From contig NC_086101.1 of the NCBI RefSeq assembly GCF_963921235.1, positions 5,830,001-5,894,000 on the forward strand: a DNA stretch of 64,000 nucleotides, written 5' to 3'. Position 1 is the first letter of the stretch; the number at the start of each line of letters is the position of its first letter. The notes under the pieces are model-generated. The model saw nothing but the letters and a program-made list of their open reading frames with translations. It was not told where the DNA came from and ran no database searches. The DNA is from Mobula hypostoma (lineage: Eukaryota). The position numbers and the translations under genes were made by a program. Shown here piece after piece: positions 12,312 to 25,960 of the stretch.

Positions 12312-14338
12312 TAGACCATAAGACTAAGATATAGGAGCAGAATTAGGCCATTTGGCCCATCGAGTCTGCTCCGCCAATTCATCGTAGCTGATCCAATTTT
12401 CCTCTCGGCCCCACTCTCCTGCCATCTCCCTATTGAACGTGCAGCTCCTCCCTCGGAGGGTTAGACACCCTGAGCCAATAGACTGGTCCTGGACTTATTT
12501 TCCATCTGACATAGTTTGCATTTTGTTGTTTGACTGTTGGGGGGCTTTGTATTGCTATATTTACGCTTTGTTCTTGGTTGGTGTGGCTGTAACGAAACCA
12601 AATTTCCCTCGGGATTGATAAAGTATATCTACCTATCTATCTCTCTATCTATCTACATCCATTCATGCCCTGACCAATCAAGAATCTATCAATCTCTACC
12701 TTAAATATACATAAAGACTTGGCCTCCACAGCAGTTTGTGGCAAAGAATTCCACAGATTCACCACTCTCTGGCTAAAGAAATTCCTCCACATCTCCGTCC
12801 TAAAAGAATGCTTCTCCGTTTTGAGATCGTGTCGTCTGGTCTTAGACTCTCCCACCATCAGAAACATCCTCTCCGTATCCACTCTGTCAAAGCCTTTCAC
12901 CAGTCAATAGGTTTCAATGAGATCACCCCTCATTCTTCTGAATTCCAGTGAATACAGGCCCAGAGCCATCAAACGCTCTTCATATGACAAGCCATTCAAC
13001 CTGGAATCATTTTCATGAACCTCGTTTGAACTCTCTCCAGTTTCAGCTCATCCTTTCTGAGATAAAGGGCCCAAACCTGCTCACAATACTCCAAATGAGG
13101 CCTGACCAATGCTTTATGAAGTTTCAACATTACATCCTTGCTTTTATATTCTAGTATTCTTGAAATGAATCCTAAAATCACATTTACCTTCCTCACCACA
13201 GACTCAATCTGCAAATTAACATTTAGGGAATCCCGCACAAGGACTCCCAAGTCCCTTCACACCTCAGTTTTTTTATATTTTCTCTCCATTTAGAAAATAG
13301 TCAAGCCTTACATTTCTTCCACCAAAATGCATGACCATTCACTTTCTGACACCGTATTCAATCTGCCATTTCTTTGCCTATTGTCCAAAACTGTCAAAGT
13401 CCTTCTGTAGCTTCTCTACTTCCTCAAAAGTACCTGCCCTTCCACCAATCTTCATATCGTCTGCAAACTTTTCAACAAAGCCATCAATTCTATCATCCAG
13501 ATAATTGACATAAAATGTAAAATGAATCAGTCCCAACACAGACCCCTGTGGAACACCACTAGCCACTGGCAGCCAGCCAGAAAAGGCTCCCTTTATTCCC
13601 ACTCTTTGCCTCCTGCCAATCAGCCACTGCTTTGTCTCTGCCAGGATCTTTCCTGTAATACCGTGGGCTCGTAGCTTGTTAAGTAGCCTCATGTGTGGCA
13701 TGCTGTCAAAGGCCTTCTGAAAATCCAAGTACACAACATCAACTAATTCTCCTTCGTTTTTCTGGCTTGTTATTTCTTCAAAGAATTCCAACAGATTTGT
13801 TAGACAAGATTTTCCCTTGAGGAATCCATGTTGACTACAGCCTATTTTATCTTGTGCCTCCAAGTACCCTGACAAGTCCGCTTTAATAATCAACTTCAAC
13901 ATCTTCGCAATCACTGAGGTCAGACTAACTGGCCCAGAGTTTCCTTTATTCTGCCTCTCTCTTCTTGAACGGTGGAGTGACTTTTGCAATTTTCCAGTCT
14001 TCCGAAACCATTCCAGAATCTAGTGATTCTTGAAGGATCATTACGAATGCCTCCATGATCTCTTCAGTCACCTCTTTCAGAACTCTGGCATGTACACCAT
14101 CTAGTCCAGGTGACACCTACCTTAAGATCTTCAAGTTTGCAAAGAACTTTCTGTGTAGTAATGGCAACTTCACACACATCAATCCCCCTGACATCTGGAA
14201 CTTCCACTATCCTGTTCGTCTCTTCCACAGTGAAGACTGATGCAAAATATTTCTTCAGTTCATCCACCCTTTCATTGTCCCCCATTACTACCTCTCCAGC
14301 ATTGTTTTCCAGCAGTCCAATATCCACTCTTGCCTCTC
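12312..14338 (-). mobile_element. Degenerate CR1 LINE interrupted by a plus-strand Rex1-like 3' UTR at ~12433-12652
   Basis: [25 protein letters not shown] and FADD motifs. The insert resembles 38265-38454 (gacaccctgagccaatag...tgtaacgaaa...taaagta). Confidence 0.85.
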
Positions 14339-14344
14339 TCCAAT

Positions 14345-16952
14345 CCAGAAATTAGCATCTCCCGGGTACTAATTTCTAGATTGCCCCCTATGCCACGTGC
14401 CAGTGAGGGTAGAAACAGGATGATTTGGCAGATAAATGTGTGGCTGAGAAGCTGGTGCAGGGACAGGGCTGCAGGTTCTTCGATCACTGGGATCTCTTCT
14501 GGGGGAGGTATGACCTGTTCAAAAGTGATGGGTTGCACCTGAACCCGAAGGGGACCAATATTCTCGCGGGAAGGTTTGTTAGAGCTATTGGGGAGGGTTT
14601 AAACTAATTTGGCAGAGGGGTGGGAACTGGATTGAAGGGACTCAGGATAGGACGGATGGTAAAAATGTAAAGACAGCGTGCAGTCAGACTGTCAGGAAGG
14701 GAAGGCAGGTGATGAGACTCCGTTGCTGCAAACAGGCTGAGTATCAAAACATCAGGGATGCAGAATCAGAAAGGACAGCAAATACGTCCTCAAGGTGTTG
14801 CATCTAAATGCATGTAGTATAAGAAATAAAGTGGATGATCTTGTTGCACGATTACAGTTTGCCAGGTATGATGTTGTAGCCATCACTGAATTGTGGCTGA
14901 AGGATGGTTGTCGTTGGGAGCTGAATGTCCAAGGTTACACGTTATATCGGAGTGATAGGAAGGTAGACAGAGGGGGTGGTGTGGCTCTACTGGTAAAGAA
15001 TGGCATCATATCAGTAGAAGGATGTGACATAGGATCGGACGATGTTGAATACTTGTGGGTTGAGTTAAGAAACTGCAAGGGTAAAAGGACGTTGATGGAA
15101 GTTATAAACAGGCTTCCCAACAGAGCTGGGAGGTGGACCACAGATTACAACAGGAAATAGAAAAGGTGTGTCAAAAGGGCAATGTTATGGTAGTCATGGG
15201 AGACTTTAACATGCAGGTCGATTGGGAAAATCAGGTTGGTAATGGATCTTAAGAGAGTGAGTTTGTTGAATGCCTAAGAGATGGCTTTTTAGGGCAGTAT
15301 GTGATTGAGCCTACAAGGGGATCAGCTATACTAGATTGGCTGTTATGTAATGAACCGGAGGTGACTAGGGAGCTTAAGGTCAAATAACCCTTAGGAACCA
15401 GTGATCACAGTATGATTGAGTTCAACTTGAAATTTGATAGGGAGTAAAGTCTGATGTAGCAGTATTTCAGTGGAGTAAGGGAAATTATAATGGTATGAGA
15501 GAGGAGTTGGCCAAAGTAAATTGGAAAGAGCTGCTGGCAGGGATATCAGCAGAGCAACAATGATGTGTGTTTCTGGGAAATATGAGGAAGGTGCAGGACA
15601 TGAGTATTTCTTCATTTCTTCCAACAGTGAAGAAATACTCAAATGGTAAAATAGTACAACCATGGCTGACAAGGGAAAGCAATTGAAAAAGCAAAAGAGA
15701 GGGCATACAACAAAGCAAAAATTAGTGGGATGATAGTGGATTGGGAAGTTTTTAAAAACCTACAGAGAGCAACTGAAAATATCATTGGAAGGGAAAAGAT
15801 GAAATATGAAAGCAAGCTCGCAAATAATATCAAAGTGGATGGTAGAAGTTTTTTCCAAGTATGTTAACATTAAAAGAGAAATAGGTCCTAGAGTGGATAT
15901 AGGACCGCCAGAAAATGAGGCAGGAGAAATTACAACAGGGGACAAGGAGATGGCTGGTGAACTGAATGACTATTTTGCATCACTCTTCTCTGTGGAAGAC
16001 ACTAGCAGTATGCTTGATGTTGTAGTGTGTGAAGGAAGAGAAGTGAGTGCAGTTACTATTACAAGAGAGAAGGTGCTCAAAAAGCTGAAAGACCTAAAGG
16101 TACATAAGTCACCCGGACCAGATGAATGCACCCTACGGTTCTGAATGAGGTAGTGTTAGAGATTGTGGTGGCATTAGAAATGACCTTTCAAAAATGATTG
16201 GACTCTGGCATGGTGCCAGAGGACTGGAAAATTGCAAATGTCACTCCACTCTTTAAAAAAGGAGGAAGGTAGCAGAAAGGAAATTATAGACCAGCTAGCC
16301 TGACCTCAGTGGTTGGGAAGATGTTCGAGTCAATTGTTAAGGATAAGGTGATGGGGTACGTGGTGACACAGGACAAGATAGTATAAAGTCAGCATGGTTT
16401 CCTTTTGGGAAAATCCTGCCTGACGTACCTGTTGGAATTCTTTGAGGAGATTACAAGAAGGATAGATAAAGGGGATGCAGTGGATGTTGTATATTTGGAC
16501 TTTCAGAAGGCCTTTGACAAGGTGCCACACATGAGGCTGCTTCCCAAGTTAAGAGCCTGTGGTATTACAGGAAAGTTACTAACATGGTTAGAGCATTGGC
16601 TGATTGGTAGGAGGCAGTGAGTGGGAATAAAAGGATCCTTTTCTGGTTGGCTGCCAGTGACTAGTGGTGTTCTGCGGGGGTTGGTGTTCAGACCACTTCT
16701 TTTTATACTGTGTATTAATGATTTAGATGATGGAATAGATGGCTTTGTTGCCAAGTTTGCAGATGACACGAAGATTGGTGGATGGGCAGATAGTGTTGAG
16801 AAAACAGGTAGGATGCAGAAGGATTCGGTTAGATTAGGGGAATAGGCAAGAAAGTGGCAAATGAAATACAATGTTGGAAAATGCATGGTCATGCACATTG
16901 GTAGTAGAAATAAATGTGCAGACTATTTTCTAAATGGGGAGAAAATCCAAAA
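14345..16952 (+). mobile_element. Degenerate CR1 LINE (ORF1 esterase end, endonuclease, RT)
   Basis: FDHWDLFWGRYDLFKSDGLHLN, LNACSIRNKVDDL...AITELWL and KFADDTKIG peptides; many stops. Confidence 0.9.
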
Positions 16953-17443
16953 AAGCCTACAGTACATTACAGGCCCTTCAGCCCACAAAGCTGTGCCGAA
17001 CAGGTCCCTACCTGAGAATTTACCGAGGGTTACCCATAGCCCTCTATTCTTCTAAGATCCATGTACCTATCCAGGAGTCCCTTAAACAACCCTATCTTAT
17101 CCGCCTCCACCACCGTCGCCGGCAGCCCATTCCATGCACTCACCACTCCCTGCGTAAAAAAAACTTAACCCTGACATCTCCTCTGTACTTACTTCCAAAC
17201 ACCTTAGAACCCTGCCCCCTCATGTTAGCCATTTCAGCCCTGGGAAAAAGCCTCTGACTATCCACACGATCAATGCCTCTCATCATTTTATACACCTCTA
17301 TCAGGTCACCTCTCATCCTCCGTCACTCCAAGGAGAAAAGGCCGAGTTCTCTCAACCTATTCCCATAAGGCATGCTCCCCAATCCAGGCAACATCTTTGT
17401 AAATCTCCTCTGCACCCTTGCAGTGGTTTCCATATCCTTCCTG

Positions 17444-19061
17444 GATAATAGACCTCACCAGTTCCCCAATACCACTATCCTCCTCCAGTTGGTGGAACTG
17501 GTTCTCACACTTAATAACTTCTCTTTTGGCTCTTCCCACTTTCTTCAGACTAAGGGTGTAGCTGTGGGAAGTCGCATGGGACCCAGCTACGCCTGCCTCT
17601 TCATTGGTTATGTGGAACAGTCTGTACTCCAGACCTATTCTGGTACTGCTCCCCAACTTTTCCTTCAGTACATTGACGACTACATTGGTGCTGCTTCCTG
17701 CACCCATGCTGAGCTCGTCAATTTCATCGACTTACCTCAAACTTCCACCCAGCCCTCAAATTCACTTACTCTATCTCGGACACTTCTCTTCCCTTTCTCG
17801 ATGTCTTGGTCTCCATCTCTGGAGACAGACTGTCCACTGACATCTTCTACAAGCCCACTGACTCTCATAACTACCTCGACTATACCTCTTCCCACCCCGC
17901 CACATGCCAAAATGCTATTCCCAATTCCCAGTTCCTCTGTCTCCACCGCATCTGCTCCGAGGATGAGGTTTTCCATTCCAGGACATCTCAAATGTTGTCT
18001 TTCTTTAAGGATCGTGGTTTCCCTTCTGCTGTCATCAATGATGCCCTCACCTGCATCTCTTCCATTTCGCTCACTTCAGCCCTCACCCCATCCTCCCGCA
18101 ACCACAACAGGGACAGAGTTCCCCTTGTCCTCACCTACCACCCCACCAGCCTCCGGATCCAGCACATTATCCTCCGCAACTTCCGCCATCTTCAACAGGA
18201 CCCCACCACTAAGCACATCTTTCCCTCTCCACCCCTTTCCATTTTCCGCAGGGATCGGTCCCTCCGCGACTCCCTTATCCACACGTCCCTCCCCACGGAT
18301 CTCCCACCTGGCACTTATCCCTGTAAGTGTAAGTGCTACACCTGTCCCTACACCTCCTCTCTTGTCACCATTCAGGGCCCCAAACAGTCCTTCCAGGTGA
18401 GGCAACACTTCACTTGTGAGTCTGTTGGGGTCATCTATTGCATCCGGTGCTCCCGGTGCGGCCTCCTCTACATCGGTGAAACCCGACGCAGATTGGGGAA
18501 CCGCTTCGTAGAGCACCTCTGCTCCGTCCGCCACAACAGAGAGGGTCTCCCGGTAGCCACCCACTTCAACTCTGCTTCCCACTCCCACTCAGATATATCC
18601 ATACATGGCCTCCTCTACTACCATGATGAGGCTAGACTCAGGTTGGAGGAGCAACACCTCATATACCGTCCAGGTAGTCTCCAGCCCCTTGGTATGAACA
18701 TAGAATTCTTCAACTTCCGGTAGTTACCTCCCCCTCCCTTCCTCTATCCCCATTTCACTCTACCCCCTCCCCCAGCTCCCTCATGGTTCCGCCTCCTTCT
18801 TCTGCTACCCATTGTTTTCAGGGCTATGACGTCAATGCTTCCCCTCCCCCACCCCTTTGTCTTTCAAATTACTGGTCTTTCAACTGACGCTACAAGTATT
18901 CTTCAAATCCTTCCCCATCTTTCATTCTTCAGTCCTGACGAAGGGTTCCGGCCCGAAACGTCGACTCATCATTTCTGCCTGGTGTTGCCTGACCTGCTGA
19001 GTTAATCCAGCACACTGAAAGTGTTGCTTTGATCTTTTACAGCATCTGCAGATTATTTTGT
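17444..19061 (+). mobile_element. Penelope-like retroelement (Cys-rich linker, Neptune-like), 5'-truncated, 18-bp TSD
   Basis: RT core GVAVGSRMGPSYA...YIDD, one frameshift near 17730, CKCKCYTC linker, GIY-YIG VIYCIRCSRCGLLYIGET. Perfect TSD GTTTCCATATCCTTCCTG at 17426-17443 and 19062-19079. Confidence 0.95.
18931..18966 (+). ncRNA. Minimal type I hammerhead ribozyme in PLE pseudo-LTR
   Basis: AGTC-CTGACGA-AGGGTTCCGGCCC-GAAACGTC-GACT: stem I AGTC/GACT, intact CUGANGA and GAAA boxes, palindromic ACGU stem III, GUC cleavage triplet ending at 18962. Confidence 0.85.
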
Positions 19062-20682
19062 GTTTCCATATCCTTCCTGTAGTGAGGCAACCAGAACTGA
19101 GCACAGTACTCCAAGTGGGGACTGACCAGGGTCCTATATATCTACAATATTACTTCTCGGCTCCTAAACTCAATCCCTTGATTGATGAACGCTAATGCAC
19201 CGTATGCCATCTTAACCACAGAGTCAACCTGCACATCAGCTTTGAGCGTCCTATGGACTCGGATCCCAAGATCTCTCTGATCCTCCACACTGCCAATAGT
19301 CTTACCATTAATACTATATTCTGCCATCATATTTGACCTACCAGAATGAACCACCTCACAATTATATGGGTTGAGCTCCATCTGCCACTTCTCAGCCCAG
19401 TTTTGCATCCTATCAATGTCCCGCTGTAACCCCTGACAGCCCTCCACACTATCCACAACACTCCCAACCTTTGTGTCATCAGCAAATTTACTAAACCAAG
19501 CCTCCACTTCCTCATCCAGGTCATTTATAAAAGTCATGAAGAGCAAGGGTCCCAGAACAGATCCCTGAGGCACTCCACTGGTCACCAACCTCCATGCAGA
19601 GTAACCATTTATAACCACACTTTGCCTTCTGTGAGCAAGCCCTTTCTGGATCCACAAAGCAATGACCCCTTGGATCCCATGCCTCCTTACTTTCTCACTA
19701 AGCCTTGCATGTGGTACCTTATCAAATGCCTTTTTGAAATCCATATACACTACATCTACTGCTCTACCTTCATCAATGTGTTTAGTCACATCCTCGAAAA
19801 ATTCAGTCAGGCTCATAAGGCCTTTGACAGATCCATGCTGACTATTCCTAATCATATTATGCTCTTAAATCCTGCCTCTCAGGATCTTCTCCATCAACTT
19901 ACCAACCACTGAAGTAAGACTCACTGGTCTGTAATTTCCTGGGCTAAGTCTACTCCCTTTCTTGAACAAGGAAACAACATCTGCAACCCTCCCATCCTCC
20001 CAGACCTCTCCTGTCCCCTTTAATGACGCAAAGATCATTGCCAGAGGCTCAGCAATCTTCTCCCTCGCCTCCCACAATAGCCTGGGGTACATCTCGTCCG
20101 GTCTCGGAGACTTATCCAACTTGATGCTTTCCAAAAGCTGCAGCACATACTCTTTCTTAGTATCTATTTGCTCAAACTTTTCAGTCTACTGTAAGTCATC
20201 CCTACAATCACCAAGATCCTTCTCTGCAGTGAATACTGAAGCAAAGTGTTCATTGAGTACCTCTACTATCTCCTCCGGTTCCATACACACTTTTCCACCT
20301 CACACTTGATTGGTCCTATTCTCTCACGCCTTATCCTCTTGCTCTTCACACACTTGTAGTCTGCCTTAGCCTTTTCCTGAATCCTTAAGGCACCAAGGCC
20401 TTCTCATGGCCCCTTCTGGCTCTCCTAATTTCCTTCTTTCGCTCCTTGCTACTAGTCTTATAATCTTATAGATCTCTATTATTGCCTAGCTTTTTTAACC
20501 TTTCGTAAGCTTTTCTTCTTGACTAGATTTACAACAGTCTTTGTACACCACGGCTCCTGTACTCGACCATCCTTCCCCTGTCTCATTGTAACATAGCTAT
20601 GCAGAACTGTGCTCAAATATCCCCTGAACATTTGCCACATTTCTGCCATACATTTCCCTGAGAACATCTGTTCCCAATTGAT

Positions 20683-21188
20683 TATGAAGACACATAGTCC
20701 TCTTTTATTGTCATTTAGTAATGCATGCATTAAGAAATGATACATTATTTCCTCCGGTGTGATATCACAAAACACAGTTCAAACCAAGACTGAAAAAACT
20801 GACAAAACCACATAATTATAACATATAGTTACAACAGTGCACAATACCATAACTTGATGAAGAAGTCTGTGAGCACAGTAAAGTTCAACGTTTCTCAAAT
20901 GTCCCACATCTGACACAGACGGTAGAAGGAAGAAAAACTCTCCCTGCCATGCCGACCACGGTCCAACTCTGAGTCATCCAAAAATTTCGAGCTCTGATCA
21001 GCTCTCCGACTCTGAGTACTGAGTGCCATCTTTGTACGAATGATTCGACTTCTTTCTCGGTCACTAAAAGCAGGCAAGGTCGGGGATTTTGAGGCCTACC
21101 TTCCAAAAGATTCCTGACCACGCAGTAACGACAGCAGCAAATGAGCGTTTCAGAAATTTTTCCAGATGTTCCTCCGTGCTTTCACGTT
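20683..21188 (-). mobile_element. Unclassified non-coding interspersed repeat related to 52552-52830
   Basis: Interrupts a CR1. Minus-strand AATAAA at ~20705-20710. Shares gatgttcctccg.gct.tcacgt and flanking similarity with 52552-52830. Confidence 0.55.
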
Positions 21189-21324
21189 TATGCTTTCAAA
21201 TTCCTGCCTGACAGCCTCATATTTCCCCTTACTCAATTGAACATTTTCCTAACTTGCCTGCTCCTATCCCTCGCCAATGCTATAGTAAAGGAGATAGAAC
21301 TGTGATCACAGGAGATAGAATTGT

Positions 21325-24300
21325 CTATATCCTGTGACTTCTGAATTACTTCCCAAAGTTCCAGCCATTCCTGCTCTGCCGATGTCCCTGCCAGTGTTCT
21401 TTTCCAATCAATTCTGGCCAACTCCTCTCTCATGCCTCTGTAGTTCCCTTTACTACACTGTCATCCTGATGTATAGTATCTGACTTTATCTTCCCTGCAA
21501 ATTTCAGGGTGAATTTGATCATATTGTCCCTGTGTCTTTTATCTTGTTATCTAATTAAATCTAATCAACACCCAATCCAAAGTAGCTGATCCTCTTGTGG
21601 GCTCAACCACGAGCTGCTCTAAAAAGCCATCTCATAGGCACTCTCGGAGTTCTCCCTCCTGTCATCCAGCACCAGCCTAATTTTCCCAATCTACCTGCAT
21701 ATTGAAGTCCCCCATGACCATGGTAACATTGCCCTTCCGGCATGCATTTTCTATCTCCCATTGTAATTTGTAGGCCAAGTCCTTACTACTGTTTAGGGGG
21801 TCTGTATACAACTCCTATCAGGATCTTTTTACCCCTGCAGTTCCTTAGCTTTATCCACAATGATTCAACACCTTCTGACCCAATGTCACCTCTTTCTAAT
21901 GATTTGATTTCATTTTTACCAACAGAGCAATGGCACCCCATCTCCCTTCCTGCCTGTCCTGTGGATACAATGTTTATCCTTGGACATTAACCTTCTTGCT
22001 GTAATCTTTCAGCCATGATTCAGTGATGCCTACAACATCATACCTGCCAATCTGCAACTCAGCTGCAAGTTCACCTACCGTGTTCCGTATACTGTGTGCA
22101 TTCAGATGCAACACCTTCAGTCCTTTTTCAATTTTACGTTGCAAATCATCCTGTTGAATACAATTTTGCCCTATCAATAGCCTCTCCTCACAACACATTG
22201 CCTCTGTTTGTAAACCAGCTCCCTCATCTTCAACACTATTATCCACCTTTCCCACGATACTTCTTGCATTGAAATATACGCAGCTCAGGACACTAGTTGC
22301 ACCATGCTCAACCTTTTGATTCCTAACTTTGTCTGAGGTCTTATCTCCACAACCTCTCAACTAACTGTTCTGACACTCTGGTTCCCATCCCCCTACAACT
22401 CCAGTTTAAACTCCAGCGTGCAGCATTAACAAACCTTCCCACTAGGATATTAATCCCCTCCAGTTCAGGTGCAAACTGTCCCTTCTGTACAGGTCCCACC
22501 TTCCCTGGAAGGAGCCTAATGATCCAAAATTTTTATGCCCTCCCTCCTACACCAACTCCTTAGTCTCATATTAAACTGTATAATCTTGCTTGTTCAAGCC
22601 TCACCAGCACGTGGCACAGAGAGCAATCCTGAGATCACAACCCTGGAGGTCCTGCCCTTTAACTCAGCACCTAACGCCTTGAACTCCCTTTGCAGATCCT
22701 CGTCACTCATCCTACCCATGTCTCTGGTATCAATATGGAGCACGACTTCTGGCTGTTCACCCTCACACTTAAGAATGCTGAGGACTCAATCCGAGATATC
22801 CCAGACCCTGGCACCCGGGAGGCAACATCTCATCCGGGAATCTCGTTCTCGCCCACAGAGCCTCCTGTCCTTTTCCCCAACTAACAAATCCCCTGTCACC
22901 ACAGCATCCCTCTTCTCCCCCTTCCCTTCTGAGTCACAGAGGCAGACTCAGTACCAGGGACCCGACCACAGTGACTTTCCTCTGTTAGGTCATTCCCCTC
23001 AGACAGTATCCAAAATGATATAGAAACATAGAAACATAGAAAATAGGTGCAGGAGTAGGCCATTCGGCCCTTCGAGCCTGCACCGCCATTTATTATGATC
23101 ATGGCTGATCATCCAACTCAGAACCCCGCCCCAGCCTTCCCTCCATACCCCCTGACCCCCGTAGCTACAAGGGCATATCTAACTCCCTCTTAAATATAGC
23201 CAATGAACTGGCCTCAACAGTTTCCTGTGGCAGAGAATTCCACAGATTCACCACTCTCTGTGTGAAGAAGTTTTTCCTAATCTCGGTCCTAAAAGGCTTC
23301 CCCTCTATCCTCAAACTGTGACCCCTCGTTCTGGACTTCCCCAACATCGGGAACAATCTTCCTGCATCTAGCCTGTCCAATCCCTTTAGGATCTTATACG
23401 TTTCAATCAGATCCCTCCTCAATCTTCTAAATTCCAACGAGTACAAGCCCAGTTCATCCAGTCTTTCTTCATATGAAAGTCCTGCCATCCCAGGAATCAA
23501 TCTGGTGAACCTTCTTTGTACTCCCTCTATGGCAAAGATGTCTTTCCTCAGATTAGGGGACCAAAGCTGCACACAATACTCCAGGTGTGGTCTCACCAAG
23601 GCCTTGTACAACTGCAGTAGTACCTCCCTGCCCCTGTACTCGAATCCTCTCGCTATAGATGCCAGCATACCATTCGCCTTTTTCACCGCCTGCTGTACCT
23701 GCATGCCCACTTTCAATGACTGGTGTATAATGACACCCAGGTCTCGTTGCACCTCCCCTTTTCCTAATCGGCCACCATTCAGATAATAATCTGTTTTCCT
23801 ATTTTTGCCACCAAAGTGGATAACTTCACATTTATCCACATTAAATTGCATCTGCCATGAGTTTGCCCACTCACCCAACCTATCCAAGTCACCCTGCATC
23901 CTCTTAGCATCCTCCTCACTGCTAGCACTGCTACCCAGCTTCGTGTCATCCGCAAACTTGGAGATGCTGCATTTAATTCCCTCATCCAAGTCATTAATAT
24001 ATATTGTAAACAACAGGGGTCCCAGCACTGAGCCTTGCAGTACCCCACTAGTCACCGCCTGCCATTCTGAAAAGGTCTCGTTTATTCCCACTCTTTGCTT
24101 CCTGTCTGCTAACCAATTCTCCACCCACACCAATACCTTACCCCCAATACCGTGTGCTTTAAGTTTGCACACTAATCTCCTGTGTGGGACCTTGTCAAAA
24201 GCCTTTTGAAAATCCAAATATACCACATCCACTGGTTCTCCCCTATCCACTCTACTAGTTACATCCTCAAAAAATTCTATGAGATTCGTCAGACATGATT

Positions 24301-25960
24301 TTCCTTTCACAAATCCATGCTGACTTTGTCCGATCATTTCACCGCTTTCCAAATGTGCTGTTATCACATCCTTGATAACTGACTCCAACAATTTCCCCAC
24401 CACCGACGTTAGGCTATCCGGTGTATAATTCCCCGGTTTCTCTCTCCCTCCTTTTTTAAAAAGTGGGGTTACATTAGCCACCCTCCAATCCTCAGGAACT
24501 AGTCCAGAATCTAACGAGTTTTGAAAAATTATCACTAATGCATCCACTATTTCTTGGACTACTTCCTTAAGCACTCTAGGATGCAAATCATCTGGCCCTG
24601 GGGATTTATCTGCCTTCAATCCCTTCAATTTACCTAACACCACTTCCCTACTAACATGTATTTCGCTCAGTTCCTCCATCTCACTGGACTCTCTGTCCCT
24701 TACTATTTCTGAAAGATTATTTATGTCCTCCTTAATGAAGACAGAACCAAAGTAATTATTCAATTGGTCTGCCATGTCCTTGCTCCCCATAATCAATTCA
24801 CCTGTTTCTGTCTGCAGGGGACCTACATTTGTCTTTACCAGTCTTTTCCTTTTTACATATCTATAAAAGCTTTTACAGTCCGTTTTTATGTTCCCTGCCA
24901 GTTTTCTCTCATAATCTTTTTTCCCCTTCTTAATTAAGCCCTTTGTCCTCCTCTGCTGAACTCTGAATTTCTCCCAGTCCTCAGGTGAGCCACTTTCTCT
25001 GGCTAATTTGTATGCTACTTCTTTGGAATTGATACTATCCCTAATTTCTCTTGTCAGCCACGGGTGCACTACCTTCCTTGATTTATTCTTTTGCCAAACT
25101 GGGATGAACAATTGTTGTAGTTCATCCATGCAACCTTTAAATGCTTGCCATTGCATATCCACCGTCAATCCTTTAAGTGTCATTTGCCAGTCTATCTTAG
25201 CTAATTCACGTCTCATACCTTCAAAGTCACCCCTCTTTAAGTTCAGAACCTTTGTTTCTGAATTAACTATGTTACTCTCCATCTTAATGAAGAATTCCAC
25301 CATATTATGGTCACTCTTACCCAAGGGGCCTCTCACAACAAGATCGCTAATTAACCCTTCCTCATTGCTCAAAACCCAGTCCAGAATAGCCTGCTCTCTG
25401 GTTGGTTCCTCGACATGTTGGTTCATATGCCTGTTGTTGAGGGGGATGGCCACAGGGGTACTCTTCGCTGGCTCCTTAACCCCCTTTCCCTTCCTGACTG
25501 TCACTCAGTTTCCGTGTCCTGCACCTTGGGTGTAACTACCTCTCTGTATGTCCCGTCTCTCATTCGTTCAGCCTCCCGAATGATCCAGAGTTCATCCAGT
25601 TCCAGCTATAACTCCTTAACGTGGTTTGTTAGAAGCTGCAGCTGGATGTACATCTCACAGTTGTAGTCATCAGGGACACTGGAGGTCTCCCTGCCTTCCC
25701 ACATACTGCAAGAGGAGTATTTGACTATCCTGCCTGGCATCTCTACCGTCCTAGCTGAGCAGATAAAAAGAAGAGAAGGAAAAGATTGGAGCTTTTCTTT
25801 CCTTTGCTTTATCTGTGCGAAGTCTCTTTTCACTGAAGCCTCGAAGAGCTGAAGCCTGAAGATCACCACTCTGACGATGTCCACTCAGACGATGGCTGCT
25901 GTGTTTGCCCGTCTTCCTTTAATTTGCTCTTCCTAATCAATCCCAGATGCCGATCGGTCA
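21325..25960 (-). mobile_element. Older CR1 LINE 5' portion (endonuclease, ORF1 esterase and Zn finger), split by the young CR1 at 23020-25424
   Basis: LNAHSIRN...VGITESWL and MPGRIVKYSSCSMWE peptides. ORF1 sequence joins across 23018/25425. Confidence 0.8.
23020..25424 (-). mobile_element. Young 5'-truncated CR1 LINE with uninterrupted ORF2 (RT) segment
   Basis: ~750 open codons within ORF 23165-25504 ([30 protein letters not shown]). (tagaaaca)n tail at 23021-23043. Confidence 0.95.

Larger units (their letters stand above)
16957..21310 (-). mobile_element. CR1 LINE hosting nested insertions at 17444-19061 and ~20683-21188
   Basis: RT ORF 19142-19855 (VYMDFKKAFD, SGVPQGSVLGP, FADD). Sequence is continuous across both inserts. 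Confidence 0.88.

Noticed and set aside
23165..25504. 779-aa ORF as a novel ORF1-ORF2 fusion protein
   Set aside because: The first ~26 residues come from an older CR1 ORF1 that the young element inserted into; this is chance in-frame read-through.
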